This document shows positions 8,208 through 18,167 of a DNA stretch of 64,000 nucleotides, piece by piece (within the stretch, counting starts at the first letter, position 1; the number at the start of each line of letters is the position of its first letter). The stretch is from a virus: the IMG/VR virus record IMGVR_UViG_3300032050_000024, positions 1-64,000 of that record; one strand, given 5' to 3'. The translations under genes and the position numbers were made by a program. The notes under the pieces were generated by a model, which saw only the letters and a program-made list of their open reading frames with translations, was not told the origin of the DNA and did not search any database.

Positions 8208-9038
8208 TCATTTGATTTTTAATTTCTGACCTGGCTTTATTACAGTTGATTTCAAGTTATTTAATTTTTTGATAACATCTACTTTAGTATCATATTTTGA
8301 TGCAATACCAGATAAAGTGTCTCCAGAAACAACTGTATGATATGATGTGGCAGTTGTTTTAGTAGTTGTTTTTGTCTTAGGTGGATCATATAAATCTAAA
8401 ACGGCGTTGATGTCAGTATCTTTCATTTGTTTAATGATATCGTCATCTGTAGTTTGTTTTTTTGGTGTTGATGTTTTAGATGTAGTAGATGCAATCGCAT
8501 TGTAAATTTCAGTTGCTTTTGCCGTACGATCTTTTAATTTAGGTGCACCAGCTCTTTCATAATATGTAACAACAGCTTTTGTTGCTCCCTCAACTGTTTT
8601 TTGAGCTTTTATTTTATCCCATGCTGTTTTTTCAGTTCCATCTAATTCAGAAATTATAAAATCTAGTTGATCATTTGTAGTTTCTGCACCAGCTGCTATT
8701 AATTTATTTTTTCGGCCTTCTGTCCATTGAGCTAAACCATATCCAGCCCATCCGGGTTGTTTTTTTGCTTGATCTGGCGTAGTTGGTTTAAATCCAAATC
8801 CTAATTTTAAACCTTTAGTTAAATTTTGACTAACATTTGGTCGAACGCCACTTTCTACTGCAAAATTTCCTATGAAAGCCGCTGCATGTACTTTGCTAAA
8901 TCCATTTTTAATTAAATAGTTTGCCGCAGCAATTCCTCGCTTCAACCAACCATCATATAATAATTCATATTCAGATTCCGGAATTTCTGTTTTTTTAGAT
9001 TTATCATCTTCAAATAATAATTGTTTTAAACGTATCAT
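8208..9038 (-). CDS. Virion-associated peptidoglycan hydrolase: phage tail lysozyme domain plus LysM
   Basis: AAAFIGNFAVESG, GYGLAQWT, QLDFI, YERAG; C-terminal LysM (HTVVSGDTLSGIASKY...IKPGQKL); MIRLKQLLFE leader. Confidence 0.85.
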   Translation of the reverse strand: MIRLKQLLFEDDKSKKTEIPESEYELLYDGWLKRGIAAANYLIKNGFSKVHAAAFIGNFAVESGVRPNVSQNLTKGLKLGFGFKPTTPDQAKKQPGWAGYGLAQWTEGRKNKLIAAGAETTNDQLDFIISELDGTEKTAWDKIKAQKTVEGATKAVVTYYERAGAPKLKDRTAKATEIYNAIASTTSKTSTPKKQTTDDDIIKQMKDTDINAVLDLYDPPKTKTTTKTTATSYHTVVSGDTLSGIASKYDTKVDVIKKLNNLKSTVIKPGQKLKIK

Positions 9039-9367
9039 CGTCCCTTTTCCTCTCGTATTATCAATTCACCTAATACTTCTAAACGACCTACTTCTCTTTG
9101 AAATTCAATTTGTGTCATTGAAGTAGATATGCGTTTATATGTAGCATCAAACTCTGCTTTTGCTTTTTCTAAATCAAAACGTCCGGCAGCTGCTCGTTTA
9201 TAATATGGTAATTTAACTTTGAAATGATGCCATGTAAGAAGAGCTAAGCCTCCTTTTTTATGAGCTGTATCGGCAATCTTTTCTGCACCCGCTTCTCGTG
9301 TATCTGCAAAGGTTTCAAAAGTTTCTGGTTTGTCTTTTGATTCAAAAAGTAAATTCATTAGTTTCAT
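9035..9367 (-). CDS. Hypothetical protein with MKLMNLLFE leader
   Basis: ATATTTAT 4 nt upstream of the ATG (9372-9379). Confidence 0.7.
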   Translation of the reverse strand: MKLMNLLFESKDKPETFETFADTREAGAEKIADTAHKKGGLALLTWHHFKVKLPYYKRAAAGRFDLEKAKAEFDATYKRISTSMTQIEFQREVGRLEVLGELIIREEKGR

Positions 9368-9384
9368 ATTAATAAATATATCTT

Positions 9385-10017
9385 TTAAAGATTATCATAA
9401 AACATTCTATCAGAATCTTCAGTGTGCCATTTTTCTTTATCTTCTGCATTATAATATTCATTACATACTAGATAATCTGGTCTTTCTGGAAAAGGCTTAG
9501 TTACAAATGATGGTTCCGACCATTTAATTCGATTATTGGGTTGTAAAGCTATTTGTCCGTTAGATAAAAATATAATATGATGTGACTTATGTTCATCTGG
9601 GGTTTCAGACAATGTTAAATCTGTATTCATGTCATTTGCTCCCCAATTAATTGTTGCAAAATAATTGCCCGTATACCATTTTTTATCTTTCATATACACT
9701 TCAACAGGTGCATCTTTAAGATAATTTAGTTGTATTAATGTAAAATTATATGAAAAACAATTCCATAATTGTAAATAATGAAACGGAAGATCTGGATTTG
9801 GAATTTTTGGTTTGATTAATAATGCAGAACTAGGTAATTTATCTCTAACTACTCCATTATCTAATAAAACTTGAAATAAAACAACCTGGCCAGGCATACA
9901 TCTTATTGAAAGTATAACTGCATTACTAAATGTTCCATGGCCTTTTTTATGCTGATACATATATTCGTTCCTAACAAATACTTTGAGAGGAAAAAAATTG
10001 TGTTCTATATATGCCAT
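9385..10017 (-). CDS. Conserved phage hypothetical protein
   Basis: WNCFSY, EHKSHH and NGQIALQPNNRI.W motifs; 210 aa. Confidence 0.7.
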   Translation of the reverse strand: MAYIEHNFFPLKVFVRNEYMYQHKKGHGTFSNAVILSIRCMPGQVVLFQVLLDNGVVRDKLPSSALLIKPKIPNPDLPFHYLQLWNCFSYNFTLIQLNYLKDAPVEVYMKDKKWYTGNYFATINWGANDMNTDLTLSETPDEHKSHHIIFLSNGQIALQPNNRIKWSEPSFVTKPFPERPDYLVCNEYYNAEDKEKWHTEDSDRMFYDNL

Positions 10018-10020
10018 GAA

Positions 10021-10485
10021 TTATTTTCGATGTTTTGAAATTTCAATTGCTGCAAGTTGTTTTAAAGCGGCTTTTTTGGTAGGATGCGTTCCTAGGCGTT
10101 TGCCGCCTTTCTTTGGATATACCGCCCAACCATTTTCAACTTTGCGAATAGTTTCCGGAATAAGTTTGATGATATGTGATTTCATATCAGTGGCAGGAAC
10201 GAACTGTGGCTGTGATACGTTTCCACCCATACCAGGCATACCATGTGGATCTCGATTCATATGATGTGAAAGATAATCTTTAACTCGATTCATGTAATCT
10301 GCTGCAAGTGTTATTTTAGCTTCTAACCACTCTGGTAAGTTGTCTGCATCTTGAATCATGTCAGCAATTGCCTGAGCATCTGAGGCACATTCCATTGCAT
10401 CATGTTTTGCCATACTGCCTTCTGGTTTTTGGCAGCCGCCTTTAGCTCCGCCGCAACCACAACCGCATTCGTTAAGCCGTTTCAT
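10021..10485 (-). CDS. Modular putative head/internal protein
   Basis: MKRLNE leader; EGSMAK...LPEWLEAKIT.AADY module; basic RLGTHPTKKAA.KQL.AIE module. Confidence 0.65.
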   Translation of the reverse strand: MKRLNECGCGCGGAKGGCQKPEGSMAKHDAMECASDAQAIADMIQDADNLPEWLEAKITLAADYMNRVKDYLSHHMNRDPHGMPGMGGNVSQPQFVPATDMKSHIIKLIPETIRKVENGWAVYPKKGGKRLGTHPTKKAALKQLAAIEISKHRK

Positions 10486-10486
10486 G

Positions 10487-10657
10487 TTATGCTTTTTTTG
10501 CTACAATAGACCAAATTGCACCAGTAAGCGTAATAACACCACCAATGATTTCAGTTACGGTAGTTTCATCTACTAAACCTTTAGCAATGCAAATACCACC
10601 TACGAAAGTCAAGGTATGACGTACGATACCTAATACTTGTTCTTGTGTTAGTTTCAT
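10487..10657 (-). CDS. Small two-TM holin-like membrane protein, 56 aa (MKLTQEQVLGIVRHTLTFVGG...WSIVAKKA); not in the ORF track
   Basis: Hand-translated; AAGGA SD and ATATTTAT (10672-10679) upstream; fills the gap exactly. Confidence 0.75.
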   Translation of the reverse strand: MKLTQEQVLGIVRHTLTFVGGICIAKGLVDETTVTEIIGGVITLTGAIWSIVAKKA

Positions 10658-10684
10658 AATTTTCCTTTTATATAAATATGTTTA

Positions 10685-11191
10685 TCATGTACTTAGTGTT
10701 ACATATGTCCACTGTGTGCCATCGTGTATCCATAATTGTAATGATCCTGTATCAAAATACATAGTTCCTTTAGTCGCGCCGGCGCCAGGACTGACTAATG
10801 GTATTCTAAATCCCGAACCCTTTTCTATATTAGTTAAATCTAAACTAGAATTAGAATCTACAGTAACAGCAGATCCTGTTATACTGAGTGTGTCATATGC
10901 TAATGATAATGTGCCATTATTGTTAGAATTAATTAATACTCCAGACGCACCTCTCTGTTGAAAACTACCCGTTACAATTAAACTACCTGTAATTCTAGCA
11001 GATCCAGTAAATGGAAATCCTGCAGATATGCCTGATAATTGAGAGCCATCTCCTTTAAAAGATCCACTAAATGATCCAGTTGCTACTACGGTATCGGTTG
11101 ACCCGCCACTCAGTGCGTCGATAGCTCGAGTAACATGTTCTGCTTGAATCGTACCGCCCGATGTTATACCTGTTTTATTTATTATTGCCAT
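10685..11191 (-). CDS. Tail fibre-like structural protein
   Basis: Gly/Ser/Thr-rich TGS repeats (TGSFSGSFKGDGS, ITGSLIVTGS); GTMYFDT...W terminal motif. Confidence 0.6.
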   Translation of the reverse strand: MAIINKTGITSGGTIQAEHVTRAIDALSGGSTDTVVATGSFSGSFKGDGSQLSGISAGFPFTGSARITGSLIVTGSFQQRGASGVLINSNNNGTLSLAYDTLSITGSAVTVDSNSSLDLTNIEKGSGFRIPLVSPGAGATKGTMYFDTGSLQLWIHDGTQWTYVTLST

Positions 11192-11369
11192 TCATGTTCC
11201 TTTTTTTATAAATAGGCCAATTTTTTGTTTTTTCATTCATCCATTCTTGTCGATCGTCACAACCGCAATCTTCATTAAGTATCTTTGCAATTTGTTTTGC
11301 AAGTTGATCTAACCCAGTAGCTCGAGTGATTTTTTTAATATCATCTCCTAAACCTCTACTTGTACTCAT
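11175..11369 (-). CDS. Small conserved phage protein
   Basis: GLGDDIKKIT.ATG...DCGCDDRQEWMN. Confidence 0.65.
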   Translation of the reverse strand: MSTSRGLGDDIKKITRATGLDQLAKQIAKILNEDCGCDDRQEWMNEKTKNWPIYKKRNMNGNNK

Positions 11370-12424
11370 ACATTATTCCAATCTGTTAAAGCATTTCGTA
11401 GTTGCATAATCAATGTTTTTTGTTGTCCGTTTAGTGGTATTTCAAATACGCGTTTTCCGGGGTATGTATATCTCTGTTCTGGTTGCATTACAATACTATG
11501 ACCGGTATCATCTATTCCTAATACTGGATATGCAACGCGTTGCATTGTAATTGCATTTCCAGGTATCATAGTACATTTGCCAGGATGCCGCCATTGTCCC
11601 ATTGCATCTTCTACAGCATCCGTTTCATGCATTACGCGTTCCCAATCTTCTTCCGTCATTATGCGTTTTCCGTTCATATGATGTGCTAACATTTCTATAC
11701 ATGAACCCATTTTTCCTTCATTTAATGAAGTTTCTATTGCAAGTGATGTCATAGTACTTTTACGTAATAATTCCTTTAAACGATCTAAACGACCACTATT
11801 TCTAAGTTTTTTATAAGCTAAATTTTCTACTGAATATTCGCCTTCTGCTTCTAATCCTGTTTGTCGCAATGTGCGTAATCGCAATAAAATATTTTCTATT
11901 TTAACTCGTAGCTTTGGATCTGATTCTTTTAGTGAATCAATTTGATATTCAATTGGTTGAGCTTTTTGATCTATCACATCATCATCAATTGAAATGACAT
12001 CCGAAGATGGTTTTTTTATCCAACAACCTTTCATTAATGAATATTGACCAACAGAGGAATGCAATCGTTCATTCCAATCTTGTGCATATAATTCAATAGC
12101 CATTCCTTTGTATGTTAACGGATAATTAGTGTTCCATATGCTTTTCTTGGCCATCATGTAATTTTTAACTAGATGCAAATTTTCATTTACTGCTTGATAA
12201 TCTATTACAACATGTAAATCAATATCACTATGTTCTGTCCAATTGTAATTAGCATTGCTGCCAATAATTAAAATATCTAATACCGATGCATTTATTTCTA
12301 AAAAATCATAAAAATGTTCAGCAATGCGAATAAATTTTTCACGCAATCCTTTGTTGAGACGATTATCCGTCCAAAGCTTTGGATTAAGTGTACTTTGTGT
12401 TTCATATTCACGAATAATTTTCAT
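11366..12424 (-). CDS. Pol-beta-superfamily nucleotidyltransferase with a fused C-terminal domain
   Basis: GSNANYNW...SDIDLH (GS...DxD) plus IELY; second domain follows an LNE site. Confidence 0.75.
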   Translation of the reverse strand: MKIIREYETQSTLNPKLWTDNRLNKGLREKFIRIAEHFYDFLEINASVLDILIIGSNANYNWTEHSDIDLHVVIDYQAVNENLHLVKNYMMAKKSIWNTNYPLTYKGMAIELYAQDWNERLHSSVGQYSLMKGCWIKKPSSDVISIDDDVIDQKAQPIEYQIDSLKESDPKLRVKIENILLRLRTLRQTGLEAEGEYSVENLAYKKLRNSGRLDRLKELLRKSTMTSLAIETSLNEGKMGSCIEMLAHHMNGKRIMTEEDWERVMHETDAVEDAMGQWRHPGKCTMIPGNAITMQRVAYPVLGIDDTGHSIVMQPEQRYTYPGKRVFEIPLNGQQKTLIMQLRNALTDWNNV

Positions 12425-15126
12425 TATTTAATTTGTTTTTGTGATTGTAATCTAGATAATGCTTTTTGTTTGTTATAAAATTCTTGATATGCTGCTGGTA
12501 ATTTACCAGATTTTTCTGGATCGTATGCATTAGTATACATTCTTTTTGTATCTGGATCTAACAACCAAATTGTTCCTTCTTTTAATCCTGTTTGTGTATC
12601 TTTAATAACTTTCCACATCGGCCAACCTGGTAATTTGAAATTATTACCAGTTCGTTTATCATTATATGACGTTGGTTTACCTACATATTCCATTGTTTTT
12701 TGGTTAACATTTTGTTCTAGAAATGCCATGTTATATCTGATACTTCCTGGATCTGTATAATAATATCCTTGAAATGATAGTGAATCTATTTCTCCTAGTT
12801 TTGTTGCATCAAGTTTTGTTGCTACATATGTTGCATAAGAAGCATCTACTGCTTGTAAACTTGCATCTATATCAAATTGACTATCTGTAAAATATTTACC
12901 TGTAACATCTTTCCATGTTTCATCAAATATATAATATATTAACGATTGTTGATTTAGATCTTTTCCATATTCTGCTGGATAATCATGCCGTTCATAATAT
13001 TCTTGAAGTTCGTTATAAATTATATCTAAACGTTTTAAAAAATCTTGTGTATTAAAAAAACCTTTAAACGCATCAAATAAATCAGATACAGTATTTTTTA
13101 ATGGTCGTAATACATTATCATTCCAAAAACTTCCGGAAGATGTACCGCCCTTTAAACCTCTAATGCGGGCAAATTTAATATTTTCATTAATAAATCTACG
13201 TACAGGATCTGTCCAAAATGCATACCACATTGCATTGATGTTATCGCCAATTGAAACGGATTTTGCAATTAAATCATCAATTAACTTATTATAAGCTTGT
13301 ACTCCAACTTTTTGATAATAAATTTTTAAACACCGAGCAGGTTGATTTGTTATATAATCAATTATTTGTGCTTTAGTTCTCTGCGATCCTCCAAATGTAA
13401 AAACTTTACCAGTTGAATCGGCAGGTAATACTTTAACTAAATCATCTGCTATTCGTTTAACGAATGATCTAGTAACAGATTTATCTGTAAATGATACTAG
13501 CAATATAGCTAATTTATCTGCTCCGCCGGCTCCACCTTTAGTAGCTAATCTAGAACCTTCTTGTACGAATACTTGTTTAAATTGTTTAACTGAAACAGCG
13601 TATGCATTTTTCCAATAATTTCTAGATTTCGTAAATAACCAATCCCAAACTAATTTACCAGTTCTACTAAGTAATTTATTAAACTTTTCTCGAGTTTGTT
13701 TTAGAACCGGTTCTGAACTTTTAGCTACGGTTACTCCAATTCTTCTTGATATTTGTCTTTGAGTAACTGGATCGCTTAATGCCTTTTTTGAAGAACGAAA
13801 ACTTAAAGATTTAAAATTTTCAAAACCTTTTAAAACATTATCAATTTCTCTAACCATAGCTTGAGAAGTTGCAGGAGATATAAGTTTTAAACGTCGGCAT
13901 AAAAAAACAAATTCTTTAGCATGTTTAACAGAACCGATTACTACATCTGCAGATAATCTAGTAGCTGCAGGTACAGTTTTAAACATCCTAGAAATTAATT
14001 CTGTAGTAAGTTTTCCTCCTTTTGACAAAACACGAAACAGCCATCGAAAACAAATTGCTAACGCATCACCAACACCAGGTATCAATGCTATTATACTAAT
14101 TAAAGCTTCAAAAGTACGACCTCTACCCATATACCACGCAGCATTTATAAGATCAATTGGCGGAACTAAAATTCCTATCCAATCAAATGCCATTTGTACT
14201 CGATCGGTTAATGCAGTTAAATTAACTTCCCGGCCAAACATATTTACTTTAGTTACTGCATTTTTTTCGGTAGATTTGAATAATGTTTCAATTTCATATT
14301 TATCTCTTAAAGATGCAATCCAATCAGATCTCATTACATCTTGAAACCCAGTATCGCCTTTATCAATAAAAATTACTTCGCCGGCGCCTCTATTTCCTAA
14401 CCAACCTTCAATTTGTCCGGATCTTAATAACACTATAGTATCACCCATAGTATTATTGCCGGTTTTTTTGGGTGGTTCATATTTCCAATCTAAGTGTACC
14501 CATTGAGTGTTTAAAGTATATGTAAAATACATTAAATTTGGATCTTCATAAAAGTATACAAATGTTCCAACAGGTACTTCTGGATTATTATACATTGCAA
14601 TTTGCAATCCAATTTGATAATTGTCAAATGCCGCTATTGGACTAGGATCATCTGTTAATATATATGTCTTAATATCTAGTTCAGAGATTGGTAAAAATTT
14701 TACTTGACTTGCTGTTGGATCATCTTTAAAAAGTACACCGGTGGGTTTTGTTGCTAAAAATGGGCGTGCACCGTATGACATTAATTTATTGTATGCTCCT
14801 TGATTTTTCCAAGCGCTAGCAAATTGAAATACATTAATGCCTGTTTGTTTATTCATTGTTGCATAATCACCACCTGGTGCCATTGCTGGACTAGTACTTC
14901 GATATGCCATATTATGTACTTGAGATGGTCCAGGAGACGGTGTACTAGTTGCATGAAACTTTTGTATTTCTTTAGAAAAATCACTTAAAGGAGCACCACC
15001 TATTGTTTTAACAGGGGCATAAGCGGCACCCATTGGATTAACTTGCACTTGTTGAGTTTTAGGATTTGTAAGTGGAGTAGTTTCCGATAATAATGTCTTT
15101 TTTATTATTCGCTCTAAATTATCCAT
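12424..15126 (-). CDS. Large putative virion/ejected protein with a pre-toxin (PT-TG-like) hydrophobic segment
   Basis: IIKKTLLSE leader; DWIGILVPPIDLINAAWY..RG..EALISIIALIPGVGD; ATATTTAT at 15162-15169. Confidence 0.6.
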   Translation of the reverse strand: MDNLERIIKKTLLSETTPLTNPKTQQVQVNPMGAAYAPVKTIGGAPLSDFSKEIQKFHATSTPSPGPSQVHNMAYRSTSPAMAPGGDYATMNKQTGINVFQFASAWKNQGAYNKLMSYGARPFLATKPTGVLFKDDPTASQVKFLPISELDIKTYILTDDPSPIAAFDNYQIGLQIAMYNNPEVPVGTFVYFYEDPNLMYFTYTLNTQWVHLDWKYEPPKKTGNNTMGDTIVLLRSGQIEGWLGNRGAGEVIFIDKGDTGFQDVMRSDWIASLRDKYEIETLFKSTEKNAVTKVNMFGREVNLTALTDRVQMAFDWIGILVPPIDLINAAWYMGRGRTFEALISIIALIPGVGDALAICFRWLFRVLSKGGKLTTELISRMFKTVPAATRLSADVVIGSVKHAKEFVFLCRRLKLISPATSQAMVREIDNVLKGFENFKSLSFRSSKKALSDPVTQRQISRRIGVTVAKSSEPVLKQTREKFNKLLSRTGKLVWDWLFTKSRNYWKNAYAVSVKQFKQVFVQEGSRLATKGGAGGADKLAILLVSFTDKSVTRSFVKRIADDLVKVLPADSTGKVFTFGGSQRTKAQIIDYITNQPARCLKIYYQKVGVQAYNKLIDDLIAKSVSIGDNINAMWYAFWTDPVRRFINENIKFARIRGLKGGTSSGSFWNDNVLRPLKNTVSDLFDAFKGFFNTQDFLKRLDIIYNELQEYYERHDYPAEYGKDLNQQSLIYYIFDETWKDVTGKYFTDSQFDIDASLQAVDASYATYVATKLDATKLGEIDSLSFQGYYYTDPGSIRYNMAFLEQNVNQKTMEYVGKPTSYNDKRTGNNFKLPGWPMWKVIKDTQTGLKEGTIWLLDPDTKRMYTNAYDPEKSGKLPAAYQEFYNKQKALSRLQSQKQIK

Positions 15127-15235
15127 GTATGATGCCTTAAAATATATTTTTATTATTATAAATAAATATGTTTATCTTCAAAAGAGTTGAACTAGTATCT
15201 AGCAAACTACAAGAGCAATGTGTTTATAATTCATA

Positions 15236-16111
15236 TTAAATAGATAATAACATATCAATTAAATCCGGATGTGGATACATATCCACTTTCCCACGAATAA
15301 CATTTGTATGCGAATACATTCCAGGTGTTTTTTCTGCTCGAGCTACATCTAATACATCAAAACCATCTGCACCTTTAGCTCGTACATATTCTATTAGACC
15401 TATGCGCGGATCAATTGAATATTTATTTGCTAAGAAAAGAATCCAATTTTTAAGTGTAGTAATTTGTGCATCTGAATAGTTATGCCAATATTGATGTCCT
15501 CTAAATGGTTTAGCTAATTTTATAACTTGACTAGGATCTGCTGGAGTATTAACATATGTTTTACCATTAACAATTTGTCCCATACAACATACTTCGATTC
15601 CAACAGAATTTCTATGCATAACAGAATTACCAGTACCAGTATGCCATCCATATCCTCCGTCAGGAAAACATTGAATAAGTTCACCGTCAAATTTAGCAGA
15701 TTTGCCATCAACGGACTGCCCACCTAAAATATATTCTGTTGCAACATTGCCTCTATTATCTCTTGCCCACATATCAGCAACTTGATAAGGATTAGCTCCG
15801 CCGGCTGTATGATGTAAGAAAATCCAATCTTTTGGTACTGGGCCTTTAAAATAAGTTCCTTCTGGCATATAGTATTTCTTAATACTTAATGCATTTACCA
15901 CTTCAATGTTTTCTGCATTATCTGTATTTAAAATACCCATTGCGGCCCATGTTTTAGGTCCTACGATACCATCAGCTAATAAACCATGTGCTGTTTGCCA
16001 TGTTTTAACTGCAGCTTCTGTTTTAGGTCCGAAATCTCCATCTACTGTGATTTTTAAATATTCTTGCAAAGTTTTTACTGATTCGCCTTTGCTACCTTTT
16101 TTTAATAACAT
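15236..16111 (-). CDS. Endolysin: PG-binding domain plus N-acetylmuramoyl-L-alanine amidase
   Basis: LKKGSKG..V..LQ...DGDFGPKT..AV..WQ..HGL.ADGIVGPKTW; FLHHTAG, SVGIEV, SH..V...K.D. Confidence 0.9.
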   Translation of the reverse strand: MLLKKGSKGESVKTLQEYLKITVDGDFGPKTEAAVKTWQTAHGLLADGIVGPKTWAAMGILNTDNAENIEVVNALSIKKYYMPEGTYFKGPVPKDWIFLHHTAGGANPYQVADMWARDNRGNVATEYILGGQSVDGKSAKFDGELIQCFPDGGYGWHTGTGNSVMHRNSVGIEVCCMGQIVNGKTYVNTPADPSQVIKLAKPFRGHQYWHNYSDAQITTLKNWILFLANKYSIDPRIGLIEYVRAKGADGFDVLDVARAEKTPGMYSHTNVIRGKVDMYPHPDLIDMLLSI

Positions 16112-16125
16112 ATTATTCCTTTTTT

Positions 16126-16737
16126 TTATTTAATTAAATAACCAGATATTTGGTTGGCTTTTTCTACAAATTCATTGTGCAAATATTCTCCGATCAAATC
16201 ACTTTCTTCGCCAATAACGTGACACGTTAAAAAACCTAAGATATCTCCTCGCAATCCTCGTATTGGAACTTTAACTGCTTGAACAATACCATTTGCAGTC
16301 ATTTCTCGTCGCATTGACGGATATTGTTCCATATCCGGAGTGATTATCATAAAATCTTTTTCTAGCATTGCTGCAAATAGTTTAGGAAATTCTGAAACTA
16401 ATACATTTTGATAACGTCTCTTAATTTTTTCAATACCAGGAGCTACTGTTTCGTATGTCATTGAAAACTTTTTCATTGAACGTCCATTTAAGAATTTGCC
16501 ACCATTATGAAATTGACATATTGAAACTCTATCAAATTTATAATCTTTTCGAAGCTGTTCAATGAATTCATGCACTGCAACCATTTCTCCTAAATCATCA
16601 GCAAAAATAGTTTCTTCTTGTTCTAATTTTTTTGCTGCAGCCCGGACATCGAGCCACGTTTTAACTACAACGGTAATAATTGCTACCACAATAGACGTTA
16701 CTGCGGATATGATTGAAATAATTATTGCATCACTCAT
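16126..16737 (-). CDS. Holin-like protein: one TM plus GAF-like soluble domain (T4 gpT-like architecture)
   Basis: N-terminal TM (IIISIISAVTSIVVAIITVVV), QFHNGG.F motif, directly upstream of the endolysin; start reassigned to MSDAII. Confidence 0.55.
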   Translation of the reverse strand: MSDAIIISIISAVTSIVVAIITVVVKTWLDVRAAAKKLEQEETIFADDLGEMVAVHEFIEQLRKDYKFDRVSICQFHNGGKFLNGRSMKKFSMTYETVAPGIEKIKRRYQNVLVSEFPKLFAAMLEKDFMIITPDMEQYPSMRREMTANGIVQAVKVPIRGLRGDILGFLTCHVIGEESDLIGEYLHNEFVEKANQISGYLIK

Positions 16738-16990
16738 TTTCTGATTCTGTTGTTTGTTTTGGATTCTTAGAAAATTTATCAACAGTAGTTCCAAATATAC
16801 ATGCTATGATAATATATTCTAGTGCTGAAACTAAATGTTCATTGGGAGCAATTGTTTTCGGATACAACGAATTAACAAACATCATGATAACTAAAGAAAA
16901 GAAACCAACAACTCCTATAACGCGCCTTGATGAAACGTCGCCGGACTTTGAATCAGACAACATTCGATAAAAGAAATTTGATTGACGCAT
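16730..16990 (-). CDS. Two-TM holin-like protein
   Basis: SSRRVIG followed by two hydrophobic helices; first gene of the lysis cassette, with ATATTTAT at 17013-17020. Confidence 0.6.
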   Translation of the reverse strand: MRQSNFFYRMLSDSKSGDVSSRRVIGVVGFFSLVIMMFVNSLYPKTIAPNEHLVSALEYIIIACIFGTTVDKFSKNPKQTTESENE

Positions 16991-17021
16991 ATGTTCCTCA
17001 TTTTTTATAACTATAAATATG

Positions 17022-18167
17022 TTATGTTTTTAAAACAATGAGTTTATCTTGTTGTTCTTCTAACGAATAGATTGAAATTTTGAATATATCTATTTCAAAT
17101 TCGCCTATAGCACCACTGTCTGCAATTATTGCTGTAAGTTGTTGAATGTACTGAAAATTTTGTTGTGTTAAACGGGTTGCATCAAATTCAACAACTATAT
17201 CATTTTCACCGTTTGGGTCGTTATGTCCTATATGTAATACTCGTTTCATTAAATCATATGCAGTTTTTGCCTGTTCTGAATAAATATATGAATCAATAAT
17301 AACGTGCATATCATCTTCGATATAAATTCTATCACACCATGGTTCTAATGTTTCAAGAATTTGTAAATTGCAATTACGTACTACAAATGCAACATTATAT
17401 TTAGGTGCGTCAATCCTACTACCCCATTTTCTAATGTAATTTCGATTGCTTTGCAATTCTATAGTTTGGGTTCTATGTTCATATTCTTCTGAGAAGCGTG
17501 ATGTTTTTGAAACAAAATGATAACATATTGCATCTAATGCAGTAATGCATTCCATTCCGTACATTTTCCATCTACGAATCAAATCATCATCTTCACAGAA
17601 CATTGGATTGTATAAAGGATCCAATCCTCCAATTTCTAACAATGCTTTGCGGGGCATACACATAAAAAATGTAATACCCGGCTCTGTTTGATCTGCATAA
17701 CGTGCATGTTCAATTTCACAATACTCTCGGAACGCATCTTTATCAAACGTTTCCAAAGACTGTCCAAAATCGAATATCAATTTTCCAGGACGCGTATGAT
17801 CTCCGAATATAGGTGGCTCTATTGTGGTATATGACACTACTCTATCAGGTGCAACATGTTTTTCTAAATTTTCTAAGAATCCCGGGCCTAATACAATGTC
17901 ATTATGTAGATATGCTACATAATCGCAACTAGCCAATTGTGCAGCTGCATTGAATGTATCCGAAAATGTTTTTGATTCGGTTGAATATTCAAATCTAACA
18001 TGATTATCTGATAATGACTGTAACCATTCATGGGTTCCGTCTGTTGATCCATAACTTACAAAACATATTTCTACGTCCGGATAGAGTTCTCGAGTTGTTT
18101 CATAAAAATGTTTGTTGTAGTCTAAATTGTTTCTTAAACCTACTAGGAGCGAAATATTATGTTTCAT
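17022..18167 (-). CDS. Glycosyltransferase family 2
   Basis: GSTDGT, LHNDI, GGLD..Y...CEDDDL..R. Confidence 0.85.
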   Translation of the reverse strand: MKHNISLLVGLRNNLDYNKHFYETTRELYPDVEICFVSYGSTDGTHEWLQSLSDNHVRFEYSTESKTFSDTFNAAAQLASCDYVAYLHNDIVLGPGFLENLEKHVAPDRVVSYTTIEPPIFGDHTRPGKLIFDFGQSLETFDKDAFREYCEIEHARYADQTEPGITFFMCMPRKALLEIGGLDPLYNPMFCEDDDLIRRWKMYGMECITALDAICYHFVSKTSRFSEEYEHRTQTIELQSNRNYIRKWGSRIDAPKYNVAFVVRNCNLQILETLEPWCDRIYIEDDMHVIIDSYIYSEQAKTAYDLMKRVLHIGHNDPNGENDIVVEFDATRLTQQNFQYIQQLTAIIADSGAIGEFEIDIFKISIYSLEEQQDKLIVLKT

